DNA of 64,000 nucleotides from Ginglymostoma cirratum. Its lineage: Eukaryota. Positions 40,001 through 52,000 of this stretch are shown piece after piece (position 1 is the first letter of the stretch; every line of letters begins with the position of its first letter). The notes under the pieces were generated by a model, which had not been told where the DNA came from, made no database searches, and saw only the letters and a program-made list of their open reading frames with translations. A program made the translations under genes and the position numbers. Location of the stretch: NCBI GenBank assembly GCA_024137785.1, contig JAHRHZ010000289.1:42100578-42164577 (forward strand), given 5' to 3'.

Positions 40001-43000
40001 GTCCGTAAAATAGAGAAACCTGCTACGTTTACCTAGTCTGAGCTGACATGCTATACCACCATGGGTGACTCGGAACTGTTCTCAGAAAGTAGCTCAGCAA
40101 AACCTTCAGCTTCCGCAAGGAATTTCTCAGAGTGCAAAGACAAAAGATCCACCATTACCCTCGTCAATGGCTCTTGCCATCAATGTCTGCATCAACAATT
40201 AATCATCATCTCTCTCCAAAAAACGGCTATTACTTTTTGTGACTGAGTTTGTTTGGAGCAAGGTCGTCTTTCCCAATTCGTCAATAATGATTCAGGGCCT
40301 TTTGTATCAGCTTGGCTCTGCGGTTGTACAACCTCATGGTTGAGCCTTGAGCTCTAAGGACAGGAGACCATTCTGCCCATCTGTCTGTCCTCTGGTTGAT
40401 CAAACTAAACTGACTCAACAGCCAGTTTTACTCCCTGCATTATCATCAGTACTTGCCGGTCTTTTCCTTAGATGCAAGATCAACCCAGCCTCAAAAAAAT
40501 TCCCAGTGGTAAAAATTCTCCCTATCTCAAGGTAAAAATATTTCTCTTAACTCCATTGTGATTGCTTCCTATGGCTGGTAAGTCAATCTTTCCTTTAAAT
40601 TGATTCCTTAATCAAAGGCAAATCTCAATTAAGACCTTTGTTTTCTTGTCTCTCATGCAGGTAATCCCAGTGTCACAAGTCTGTCCGCATAACATGACTT
40701 ATCCCCAGCACCATTCAGGTGAATCCAACCCTGTACACATTATGAACTTTGGTTCAAAGCCTCACTCACATCATGCGCCCACAAACTGGAGGAACAGCAC
40801 CTCATATTCCGCCTTGGGAGCCTACAGCCCAATGGCCTAAATGTGAATTCTACCAGTTTTAAAATCTCCCCACCCCCGGCCTCATCCCATGACTAACCCT
40901 CTCTCTCATCTCTGCCTCTTTGACCTGACACAGCCTGCCCATCTCCTCTCCCGCCTATCCACCCCTCCTGTCCCACTGACCACTCCCTACCTGCACTCCC
41001 CTATCACCATCCCACCTACCTTTCCCAGCCCGACCCCTCCTCATTATTTATTTCCCACCTCTCTTGCCCCTCCCCATTTCTGAAGGGTCCCAACCCAAAA
41101 TGTCAACTCTCCTGCTCCTCTGATGCTGCCTGGCCTGCTGTGTTCCTCCAGCTCCACACTGTTATCTCTAACATTACTAGTGGATATACGTGTTAACCAT
41201 AGCAAGCATTGATTCTGAACTGCGTGCATGTGTATCAACTGGTAACAATGAAGCGACTATAGGAGACCTACATGAGGGAGATGAAGTCATCTGTTCCTCC
41301 CAGCATGTTAGCCTCACCAACACATGACTCAAAGTCACCCAGAGACTGTATTTGAAAATTTTCTGAATGAAACCTAGTGCAAATGCATTTGAATAAATCT
41401 TACAGGCTCCTTAGCCTGTCCAACAGATTAGATACTCATTTAGTCATCAAGTCTCACAATCTATTCACTTCCACGAGAGCTAAAAGCAGGTCGAATATTG
41501 TTCCCACAGATTAGTTGTGAATGTTCTGCCTTTGTGTGTGCAACCCCTTGGTTCTGAACAATGGACAATAGACAATGTGACTGTGAACAAGGGCAAAACA
41601 TCATGATGCCGATCCTGACTTTCTCGTCCATCCATTTGAGTCTGTGATCTCCACGTTGGGATGGGGCATGGGTCTATTCTCACTACACCCAGACCAGCCC
41701 CTTCCAAACCTGTACTTGCTCTGGGCTGAACATTGGATTTTGAAAAGTTACCTTTCTTTGATACTGGAGCTTTTGCAGGTTCTGGAAGGCTAACCATCAT
41801 TGACTTCATCGCAACACTGGAGAAAATCTTTCTCTCTGTTGTAAACAGGAACAAAGAAGGGGTTTCAAACATACCAAAGTCATTCTAACTTTCTTCTTTC
41901 ATCACTGGTAGAAGAGCGCAGCTTGGTACCGATGGGATTCACATCCTGTCCCTCCCACAGTGCATGCAATTTTATGGGCTCTTAGTGAAGTCTCACTTGA
42001 AGATTCTCAGACTCGATTTCAAATCCATCCATTGGCCTCACCCCTCCTGTTCTGTGCCCTCACCCCTCCGTATCTGGCCCTCTGTGCCCACACCCTTCTC
42101 CACCCCCAGCCGTCAATCTCGTCGCCCCTCCCTCTATGAACCCCCAGCTCTATGGCCCTCCTGATCGAACTGCCATCTTCTGATTCTGGTTTTGCCCAAA
42201 TTTTTGATTTTCTTCCTTCCACGATTGACTTCGACCTTCCTGGACCAAAATTCTGGAACAGGCTCCCTAAATGTCATCACCTCTATCTTTCCCTCTCTCT
42301 CCCCTCCTGTTTTCCCTAGCAGGGACACATATTGAAGATGACCGGTAGAAGGATTAGAGTGGACAGGAGGAAGATGGTGGGTGGGTGACTGGAATTCACT
42401 GCCCAGTTTGGTGGTTGAGGCAGAGACCCTCACCTCAATTCAGAGGAGCCTGGAACGTGCCCCAAAGTGTTGGAACCAGCAAAGCCACAGACCAGGTGCC
42501 GGGGAGTGGGATTATAATGGACAGGTGTATAACTAGCCAGTGCTGATGCGATGGGGTTGAATGAACCCCCTTCTGCACCATACCTTTTCTCCAGGTCTAT
42601 GGTCTATGAATGTTTCCTTTTCAAATGTACAACCAATGAAGAAAAGGCCGTACAGTAAATGAGAAAGTAAGCAGATAATTTGTTTCTTTCTCCTCCCAAG
42701 TGAAGTTGGTTAAGGGACAAATATTGGCCTCCCCTTTCTCTTTGAGGTTTTCAGTGGTGTCCATGGAGACCACTTCTAAAAATGTACTTCACTAACTGTA
42801 CAGGTCTTTGGGACCTCCTCAAATTCCTGTACTTGTTTCATCGGGTGATCCTTACCAAAGTGAGCATTTGTTGCCCATCCCTAACAGCCCTTTGATCTGA
42901 ATAGTTGGGGGAAGCAGTTAAGAGCTAATCACATTGCTGTGGGTCTGGGGTCACATATAGGCCAGACCAGGGTAGGATGCAGCTTTCCTGCCTGAAAAGG

Positions 43001-46000
43001 ACACTAGAGAAGATGATAGGTGTACACTGTACCTGATCCTTATCATGACTAGTTTTCAATTCCAGGTGTTTCAAATGAATTGAAATCCCACCAGCTCTCA
43101 GTGGGATTTGACTCCATGTTCCCAGGGTACAAGCCCTGGGTCTCAGGATTATTAATTTTGTCACATTACCACACCGCAACACAAGCCATTTCAATGCTAG
43201 CCTTTTGTTGTGGCGTTGACCCCGTGGGCAAAACCTGTGCTCACTGATCCCAATTTCCATTTGTCAAACAGGTTGGTCACTCATGTAGGCTACAATCATT
43301 GGTCAACATTGCAGACCAACAGTGATTGTACTTCAGAAGATGTCCATTGCCTAAGACTTGCATTGGCATGCCCTTAAACAAACAAATGCAAGACCCTCAT
43401 TCTTTCCAATGTATGCTGAAGGTGAGCCAGCGCTGAGAGATCACCCCCTTCAGGACAAGGAATGAAATACAGGACAGTCACGTACCACGGGGTTGAGGTT
43501 CAGGTTCAGGTATAGGGTCGAATCGGGGTGCACTGGTTGTTGGAGCAGACTTCTTCTCTTGAATGAGCTGGAAAAAGAGCCAGTTTCGGAGCCAAGTTTC
43601 GAAGTCCTGTAAACAGCAAAGATATAATCAACTATCGGCATTTATGAATTGGGCATAGGTCATTAGAACTGGTTTGTGGGATTCCACCCACCCCTCCCGG
43701 CCCCCAAACTGAGGGGATTAAATTTGAGTGTAACTGAAACAAAAGCTGAATGGCACCAAAACATTTTGCCCTGCACTCATCAGGACAAATGCAAGCATGC
43801 TAAATTTCAAAGGGAACATAATGCATACAATCAAGTGTTTATTGGTTGGCAAGTGAAGAACGTACCATGGAATTAATGTCCCAGGCAGTTGTATTTAATT
43901 TTAAAGAGGGGTAATACTTGGAGATGTTCCTTTCTCCTGGAGAGGACAAGTCCCTGTGTCTAAATATATGTACCTTCTAGCAGGCATAATGAAGCCACAT
44001 TAAGAGTTTGACTGATAGTGTTAAATTTGTTGCGAGTATAATTTGTAATACTGAACAAGCCTGAGTGTACGTGCTGCACAATCACAGAACCACATTTAAC
44101 ATTAAGTTCTGAGTTTTGCAATAAATGGACTGGTTGAATAGTCGTCAGTCTGTCTATTTTGAGCAGCAAAGGGATGCGTTGTTTGATATCATCTAACAGT
44201 CATTGGGACATCAGCCTATACACCTGACATCACACAGGCACTAAAGTCCATATAACACAACACTTATTTGTGGGGTAAGCCCCCAGTGTGCTGAATGGAC
44301 TCTTCCGGTTCTTACTTTGCAGAGGAATTCAAAGTGAGGAGTGAATGTGTAACACGTTAAATTTCTCCTGCTTATTGGATTTATTACGTTCACCAGAGAA
44401 AGTGTTGTGAATCTGGAATTCACTAGTGCTGGGAGTAAAATTACAGAAGGAAAGCCAGACAGACACCTGATGAATACCTGTTGATTTCTTTTAATAAGTG
44501 CACAATATTAATTGATATCACGTGGGAGAAAGGAATAGAAGGTTTGGACTAGTAGGGTGAAGGGATGTACGATAGCAGGTAGTTTTTTTAGCGTGTAGAA
44601 GCCAGTATGGAGCAGATGGACCAAATAGCCTGTATCTGTGCTATAATTCAGTATCATCAACACTAACCTGCCACTCAGATTCCGTCATGCTGTCTCGCAG
44701 CAGGTCGAGGTTGGCAGAGAAAGTGCTGTTAAATTCTGGAATCTCTTTGGTTGCGTTGTCTTTCTGCCAATGAAAAGTCAAAGACAATGTCATCATTGGG
44801 CTGACCATGTTCCCATCAGTCAACTCTTCATTCCAGTTACACTACGGGCCACACCCAAATAGCTCTAGTGTCCATGAGCTGTCTTTTTACCGTGGATGGC
44901 AAAGTTGAGAGTTATCAAAGCCTTCGGTAACTTGTGCCCTTTTTCTAGAATTCCTACAGTGCAAGCCAGAGGCCATGGGGCCCACTGAGTCCACAGCGAC
45001 CCTCTGAACAGCATCCCATCCAGACCCACCTTATCCCTGTAACCCTGCATTTCCCATGGCCAATTCACCTAGCCTGCACATTCCCGGACACCGTGGCTAT
45101 GCTAAGCTGCCTGGTTCCCCCAAGCTGCACACGTTTGGGATGTGGGAGGAAACTGGAGCACCTTGGAAGGTGTTTGGGGTAGACGGTGGAGAATGTGCAA
45201 ATTTCACCAGAAGAAAAAAAGTCGCCCAAGGCTGGAATCAAACCTGGTCTCTGGCTAGATACATAGATTTTTGAACAGTAAAGGACTTAAGGGTTATGGA
45301 GAAGAGGCAGGTAAGTGGAGCAGAGGCTATGAGAAAATTGGCCATGCCCTTTCTTATGTTCCTTGCGCTGTGAGGCAACAGTGCTCTATTTAGGTCACGA
45401 TGGGAGAGTGAGTTGATGCTGCAGAACCAATCAGTCCATTGAGCCTGGGCCAGCTCTTCGAAGGAGCTCCCCAATTTGTTAGGGGGAATGAGTGGAACTT
45501 GCAGAGGGATGGTGTTCCCATGTATCTGATGCGCCAGCTGCTCCAGATGTGGGCAGTTGGTGGAATGGAGCTAAATAGATAGCTCTTTCCAGGAGCTGGC
45601 ATGGGCATGATGGGCTGAATGGTCTCCCATTGTGCTACAAACAATTTGCACTAACCATTCATTTTCCCTGTAGTCCTGGACATTTACAATGTCATTCAGC
45701 AATCTTTAAAGTCAGTAGATCAGCTCCAGTTGGGACATTGCGGTCAGTTCCATATGGTGTCAGAGGTGAACAGCTTCAGGTTATGTGAAGTAATGGGAGA
45801 GCAGGGGGATGGTCTCTCTTGGCCAGAGGAGGTTATCAACCCAGTGGCTTGCTGGAATGCATGGCCAGAAATGGGTAATGGCAGATTAAATCGTAAATGC
45901 TCAAAAAAGATTTTGCATAAACACTCAAATTGCCTTTTTACACAATTCATTGATGGGCTGGGAGTGTCTAGCTAAGCCACCATTTTTGTTGCCCATCCTT

Positions 46001-49000
46001 AAATGCCCTTGAGGAGTTGGTGATAAGATGCCTTCTTGAACTGCTGCCATCGATGTAGAGACATCCCAAGTGCTGTCAGAGCTCCAACAGATTGGCCCGT
46101 CAAGGCTGAAGGAAAAATAATGCGTCGCCAAGTCAGGGGGATGAGTGGAACTTGCAGAGGGATGGTGTTCCCATGTATCCGATGCGCCAGCCGCTCCAGG
46201 TGCGGGCAGTTGGTGGAATGGGGCTAAATAGATAGCTCTTTCCAGGAGCTGGCATGGGCATGATGGGCTGAATGGTCTCCCACTGTGCTACAAACAACAT
46301 TTTATGGGTTCACAACAGCTTTGAGAAGATTCCCCTTCAACAGTACCTTCAGCAGTTCTTCTACTTGTTCCAGCACAGTCAGGGGTTTGGCAGGAGTAGG
46401 TTTCGGAATCTGTTAGAAAATAAATGACTGTTCATTTCCATGTTTAATTAACCATAATAAAGCACTTTAAATCAAAATGCACCACAATGCCTTGCTCCGG
46501 TCCTGTCTACATGATTACAGTCAATCTTAGGCACCACAAGGTTAACTGGCACAGAGTAATTTTCTCAGGTTGCTGCTGCTGGCCCTGAGGAAGTACTAGA
46601 GCTGCCACCTTTCAGGAGACAGGTTGAACCCAGGCCCTCTCAGCTAGGTGCAGAAGCTCCTACTGCGTCTATTGTACATACTGCAGGGCTGTTCCCGGTT
46701 TAAACGTCAGCTGGCCACGAAAAAGACTTAACCAGGTCAATATGATCACCATCAAGATTAGCAAAGAGACAAATCTGAAAATCTTGAATGTCAAAGATGG
46801 GATGGAGAGCATCAACTTGGTGGAATTAAATCCAAAAATGATTTTAGTGGAGGTAACCTCAGCCTCTGAATTTGGAAGCTTTCACTGCCCATGATATGGC
46901 GAGGTTTTTAATAGGTAAAAAACACATGATAGGTTCCTGGGCATAGTGCGGGAGACAGAATGGAAAGGGAGGTGCCCATCCTCTCTCCCATCCCCCCCAG
47001 CTCATTGAGACAAGTGCCAACAGCTAATTAGAACTCTAAGATGATCTCTTCATCCAACAAGTTGGTTTTGGAGATCAGTCTCTGCATTTGACCAACATGA
47101 AAGCAACAGTCAATGTTGTGCACAGCAAGATCCAATTTAAAAAACTGCACATGAGATAACCGCAAGTGTTAGTTCTAGGTTTTCTCTAAGTTGGACATTA
47201 CCTTTGGACGTTCTGCATTTGGGTCAATGTAGGCCATGGGCATGTCCAAAATCATAGGTTTGACATGAATCATTGGCTTAGGTGCTGAAAAAGAAAGAGT
47301 GGCGTTTTTATTAGTACAACTTAGTGACAAGATGAAATGAAGATCGGAAGTTGGACATTCGTCTCCCGATAGGGGTGCGAATTGGGTTCAGAAGGACGAT
47401 GATGAACCTCGCTTTCTTTGAGCAGGAAAAATCAATTTTCCAGTACTTTCCCGACTCCGCACTATTTTCACATGGTCTTTTCATAGGTCAAGAGGACTTC
47501 AGATGCAAAACAGAAACAGTTAGTCTGCATGACCCTCCTGTGCTACTATGAAGACCAGAGAAAAACTGTATCACCTCCCACACACTACTTTCATTTTAAT
47601 CGCCCCCAGTGAACAATCCTCCTTGGAAACTTTATGAACACTGGAGAAAGACTGCCAAGGAATCCTGGACATGCTGGCAGCTAGACTTTAAATATTTTCA
47701 TATATCCAAATTCACTATTAGACGCCATGCTGTAATATTGAATGCATTATTAACGTAGTGATTGATCATGGGGTCTATTCTACAAAAAGGTAAACTCCCC
47801 ACAATCTTGGTCACCAGTGTACAAGTATTGACCTGCATTAAAGCATTTTTTTCCTCAAATGGGCAAAGTGCCATAATGCATTTAAGCTGTGGAAAGACAT
47901 GTTGGAAAATCCTCCTCTTAATTGGCAGTGGGATTTAGATGCACAGACATCGATGACTGTGAAGAAAATTCCAAGGGTCTCCTTCCTGTCCTTAAATTGA
48001 CAGAAAAGCAGATGAAACAATCTTTATTTCCATATCAGTCTTTCGAGCTAGGATACTAACGTTACAATGGCTGTCATCATTCTGAATTGCAGATTCTGAT
48101 CATGTCCCACATTTTTAATCCAAATTCCAGCACAGTCACAAGCTTGAAAATCCAAGCTTTAGGTGGATTACGGAAGATTTATGGAGCCAAAGTGGATAGA
48201 TTAGGGAAGGAAAAAGATCAGTGATCATCTCATTGAACAACAGAGCAGGCAATAGTTCTAGCCGTGAATTACAAAAATCTAAAACCTTACAACAGAAAGA
48301 GGCTGTGCAGCCCATTGGGAACTATCTAATCTAGTCTCACACCCAGCTTTAAACTCCAATGTGTAGGTGCTGATGTTGGACTGGGGCAGACAAAGTCAGA
48401 AGTCACACGACACCAGGTTACAGTCCAACAGGGCTTATTTGAAATCACAGCACTCCAAAACCTAGTGATTTCAAGTAAACCCATTGCAAAATAAATTTGA
48501 GATAACAAGGTGTGGAGCTGGATGAACACAGCAGGCCAAGCAGCATCAGAGGAGCAGGAAGGCTGACGTTTCGGGCCTAGACCCTTCTTCAGCAATATAA
48601 ATTTGGTGTCATGCAACTTCTGGCTGTAATCTCGGAAGCTTGCAAGTTATTCTTCCCCAATATCCATTTGGTTTCTGAAATTTCTGACATAATCTGGCTC
48701 CACCACTGTCGTGGGTTATGAGTCCAAGGTCATATCAACTCCACTCACTCCCCATAGTATTTTTGGGAGCTATTTTATATCCTGTGGCTGTTTGCAACCA
48801 GAAGGGAGAAACTGAGGAACAACCCGATGGAAGCTTTGAAGATTATGAAAAGGTTTGGTAGGGTAGACAAAGTTAGTTCAACTCACCAGAAGGGGTGTTG
48901 GGGCATCACAAACGTGAGGAAGTCACAATCAAAAACAAGCAAGAAAGATCAGGAGAACTTCTTTCTCCCTGAAAAGAATAAGGAATACCCAGGAAACAGT

Positions 49001-52000
49001 GAGGATATGGAATACATTGCTGCATGGAGTGATTTGGTCCATGATGTTGATAGGAAATTAGATAAACGAATGATGGCTAAAGGAATAGAGGGATACGTTG
49101 ATGGGGCTAGATGAAGAAAACAAGGAAGAAGCTGATGTTCAGCATAAATATTGGGATGAATGGCCTGTTTCAAAGACCAGGCCACCATGTAATATTGAAG
49201 CACTCAATGTTTTTTCCTAGTTACATCGTGAAAAGAAATGTGGCAACCAGTAACCCTCCTAAATCTCTCCTCACCACTAACTGCTCCAAAACAGAATAGT
49301 CCAATTCATCAACAATCACCACAAACCATCCCCCACCCCAAGAGCGACCAGTGGAATCATTTGGAGTTGGTGTTTAACTCAGACTCGTGAATCACTCTGG
49401 TGGTAGAATTCAAATTACAATAGCTGATGTGGTCTTCCTCAATCTATTCACCGATTGGTTCTGTTGCTCTGCTCACACCCACACCCACTTCCCACCCCTC
49501 AGATTGGTTTAGACGATAACAGTTAGTTGGGGAAGGGGGCACGGTGTACATACGGAATCGGTTCCGGTTTGAGGTGTACTTCTGCTGGATGAGACTGGTC
49601 GTCTGTTGCAGGTGGGTTATCGTGCTCTGCTGCTTCACCAAAAAAACAACGCTGGCAACTTGCCCGGCGATCAGCATGGCCGCCAACACGGTCACACCAC
49701 CCCAAAGAAGGCTCTTGGAGCAGGTGGGGCTGCTGTAATGAAGAACAATGAATGAATACCATTAATGCTAAGTTCAAAGGAGTTGCCATAACTCTGTCTA
49801 GATGCATGCTGGGTGTTTTCACCATGTGGCCTTCCAACTCTTCCCACAACCCCATTCTTCTCACAGCCAGTTGGATAGTCAACAGGTACACTCTTGCTGG
49901 ATTGGTTGGCTCTTAATTGTTGACTAAACTGCCTTTGATTCCCCCTCACCATAACTAGCCCTCCCGTTCCAATACCCTTAAATCTCATGACATTCATTTA
50001 ACTGCTCAATTAAAAGGGCTGTTTTGGTAGGAGTAGGCCATCAAGCCCATCAATCTGCTCCACCATTCAGTGCGGCCATGTCTTCCAGTTCACGTCAATA
50101 CTGTTTTCCCACACCATCCCCATATCCCTCTTCGTCGCTGGTACTTAGAAAGTTGTCAATCTCTTTCATGCGCCTTCCAGTTGTTCCTTGTGGTGTGTGG
50201 GGGAATTCAGACTCAATTTTGTCAGCTCTCCAAGGATGATCCTGGATGACCCCATTGAGGTTCCCCCTTTTCTAATTTAGTGCTGATATTTTGGAATAAA
50301 CTTATGTGGAATAAACTTCCAGAGGAAGTGGTAGATGCAGGTACATTTACAACATTAAAAAGACTTTTGGTCAGATACATGGATGGGAGCAGTTCAGAGA
50401 GCTGTGGGCTAAATGCAGGCAGGTGGGACTAGTTTAGTTTGAGAAACTTGGTCAGCATTCACTGGTTGGACTGAAGGGCCTGTTTCTGTGCTTTGGTATA
50501 ATAGAGTCCGCTATATCTGATCAGACGATGGACCTGTTTCAGTGAACCAGACTCTAGGAGAGTACGAATCAGACAATATAACCTAGCTCTGTTTTTGTGT
50601 ACCATCCATGGGTTAAGTTTACTCACATCTCAAGATCATAATCTCGCCTCATTTCTCCATCGATGTTTGGTGAATAGCTGCAGGGCTTTGTTCTCCTACC
50701 CAGTGCATAAAACCTTCATTATTGAACCCATTCTGTCAAATATTACTGATAAAAGGTACTGCAGATGCTGGAGAATCCGAGATAACAAGCATGGGGCTGG
50801 ATGAGCACAGCAGGCCAAGCAGCATCACAGGAGCAGGAAAACCCGACGCCTCGGGNNNNNNNNNNNNNNNNNNNNNNNNNNNNNNNNNNNNNNNNNNNNN
50901 NNNNNNNNNNNNNNNNNNNNNNNNNNNNNNNNNNNNNNNNNNNNNNNNNNNNNNNNNNNNNNNNNNNNNNNNNNNNNNNNNNNNNNNNNNNNNNNNNNNN
51001 NNNNNNNNNNNNNNNNNNNNNNNNNNNNNNNNNNNNNNNNNNNNNNNNNNNNNNNNNNNNNNNNNNNNNNNNNNNNNNNNNNNNNNNNNNNNNNNNNNNN
51101 NNNNNNNNNNNNNNNNNNNNNNNNNNNNNNNNNNNNNNNNNNNNNNNNNNNNNNNNNNNNNNNNNNNNNNNNNNNNNNNNNNNNNNNNNNNNNNNNNNNN
51201 NNNNNNNNNNNNNNNNNNNNNNNNNNNNNNNNNNNNNNNNNNNNNNNNNNNNNNNGAAGGGTTTGGGCCCGAGGCGTCGGGTTTTCCTGCTCCTGTGATG
51301 CTGCTTGGCCTGCTCTGTCAAATATTACTGTTGTCCAACTTCGAAGGTTCCAACAAGACCTGCCCTAATTTGTGAATGTCATGAGAATTTGATCAATTCC
51401 TGTTGTGTTTCTAGAATTCAGACTTTTCTCGATCAAACAGCATCAGGAAAGTCCCAAATATTTTCCACTCAGCTGATGCAAACAAGAGTCAGTAGTCACC
51501 TCGGTGAAAACAAAAATAGGGGCAATGGACACAGCGGTAAAGAGGGGTCATGGGTAAGAGGGTCAACTTTTTGTGGTAGCTGTAGATATTAATTACTCCA
51601 GGCTCTTGTCTTTGAACTGTGCATCATCCCCCTGTGTTACTCCAGGCGACCTTTTCCCTTGGACAATATTCACTGCCCTAACAAGGGACAACAGTCAAGA
51701 GGATAAGTGTGGACAGTGGCTCAGTGGTTAGCACTGCTGCCTCACAGCACTGGGGACCCAGGTTTGATTCCAGCCCTAGGTAACTGTCTGTGTGGAGTTT
51801 GCTCCAGTTTCCTCCCACAGTCCAAAGATGTGCAGGCTAGGTGGATTGTCCACGGGATATTCCCCATAGTGTCAAGGAATGTGTAGGGTAAGTGGATCGG
51901 CCATGGGAAATACAGGGATAGGATGGGTCTGGGCTGGGATGTCCTTCCAAGGATTGGTGATGGGTTGAATGGCCTCCTTTTACATTGTATGGATTTTGTG

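Noticed and set aside
40032-40130. Exon-like segment KFLAEAEGFAELLSENSSESPMVV
   Set aside because: Weak GAG acceptor, wrong phase, and an early stop in the required frame.
50722-51375. Long ORFs across N runs (also 61432-62786)
   Set aside because: Artefacts of translating assembly gaps.
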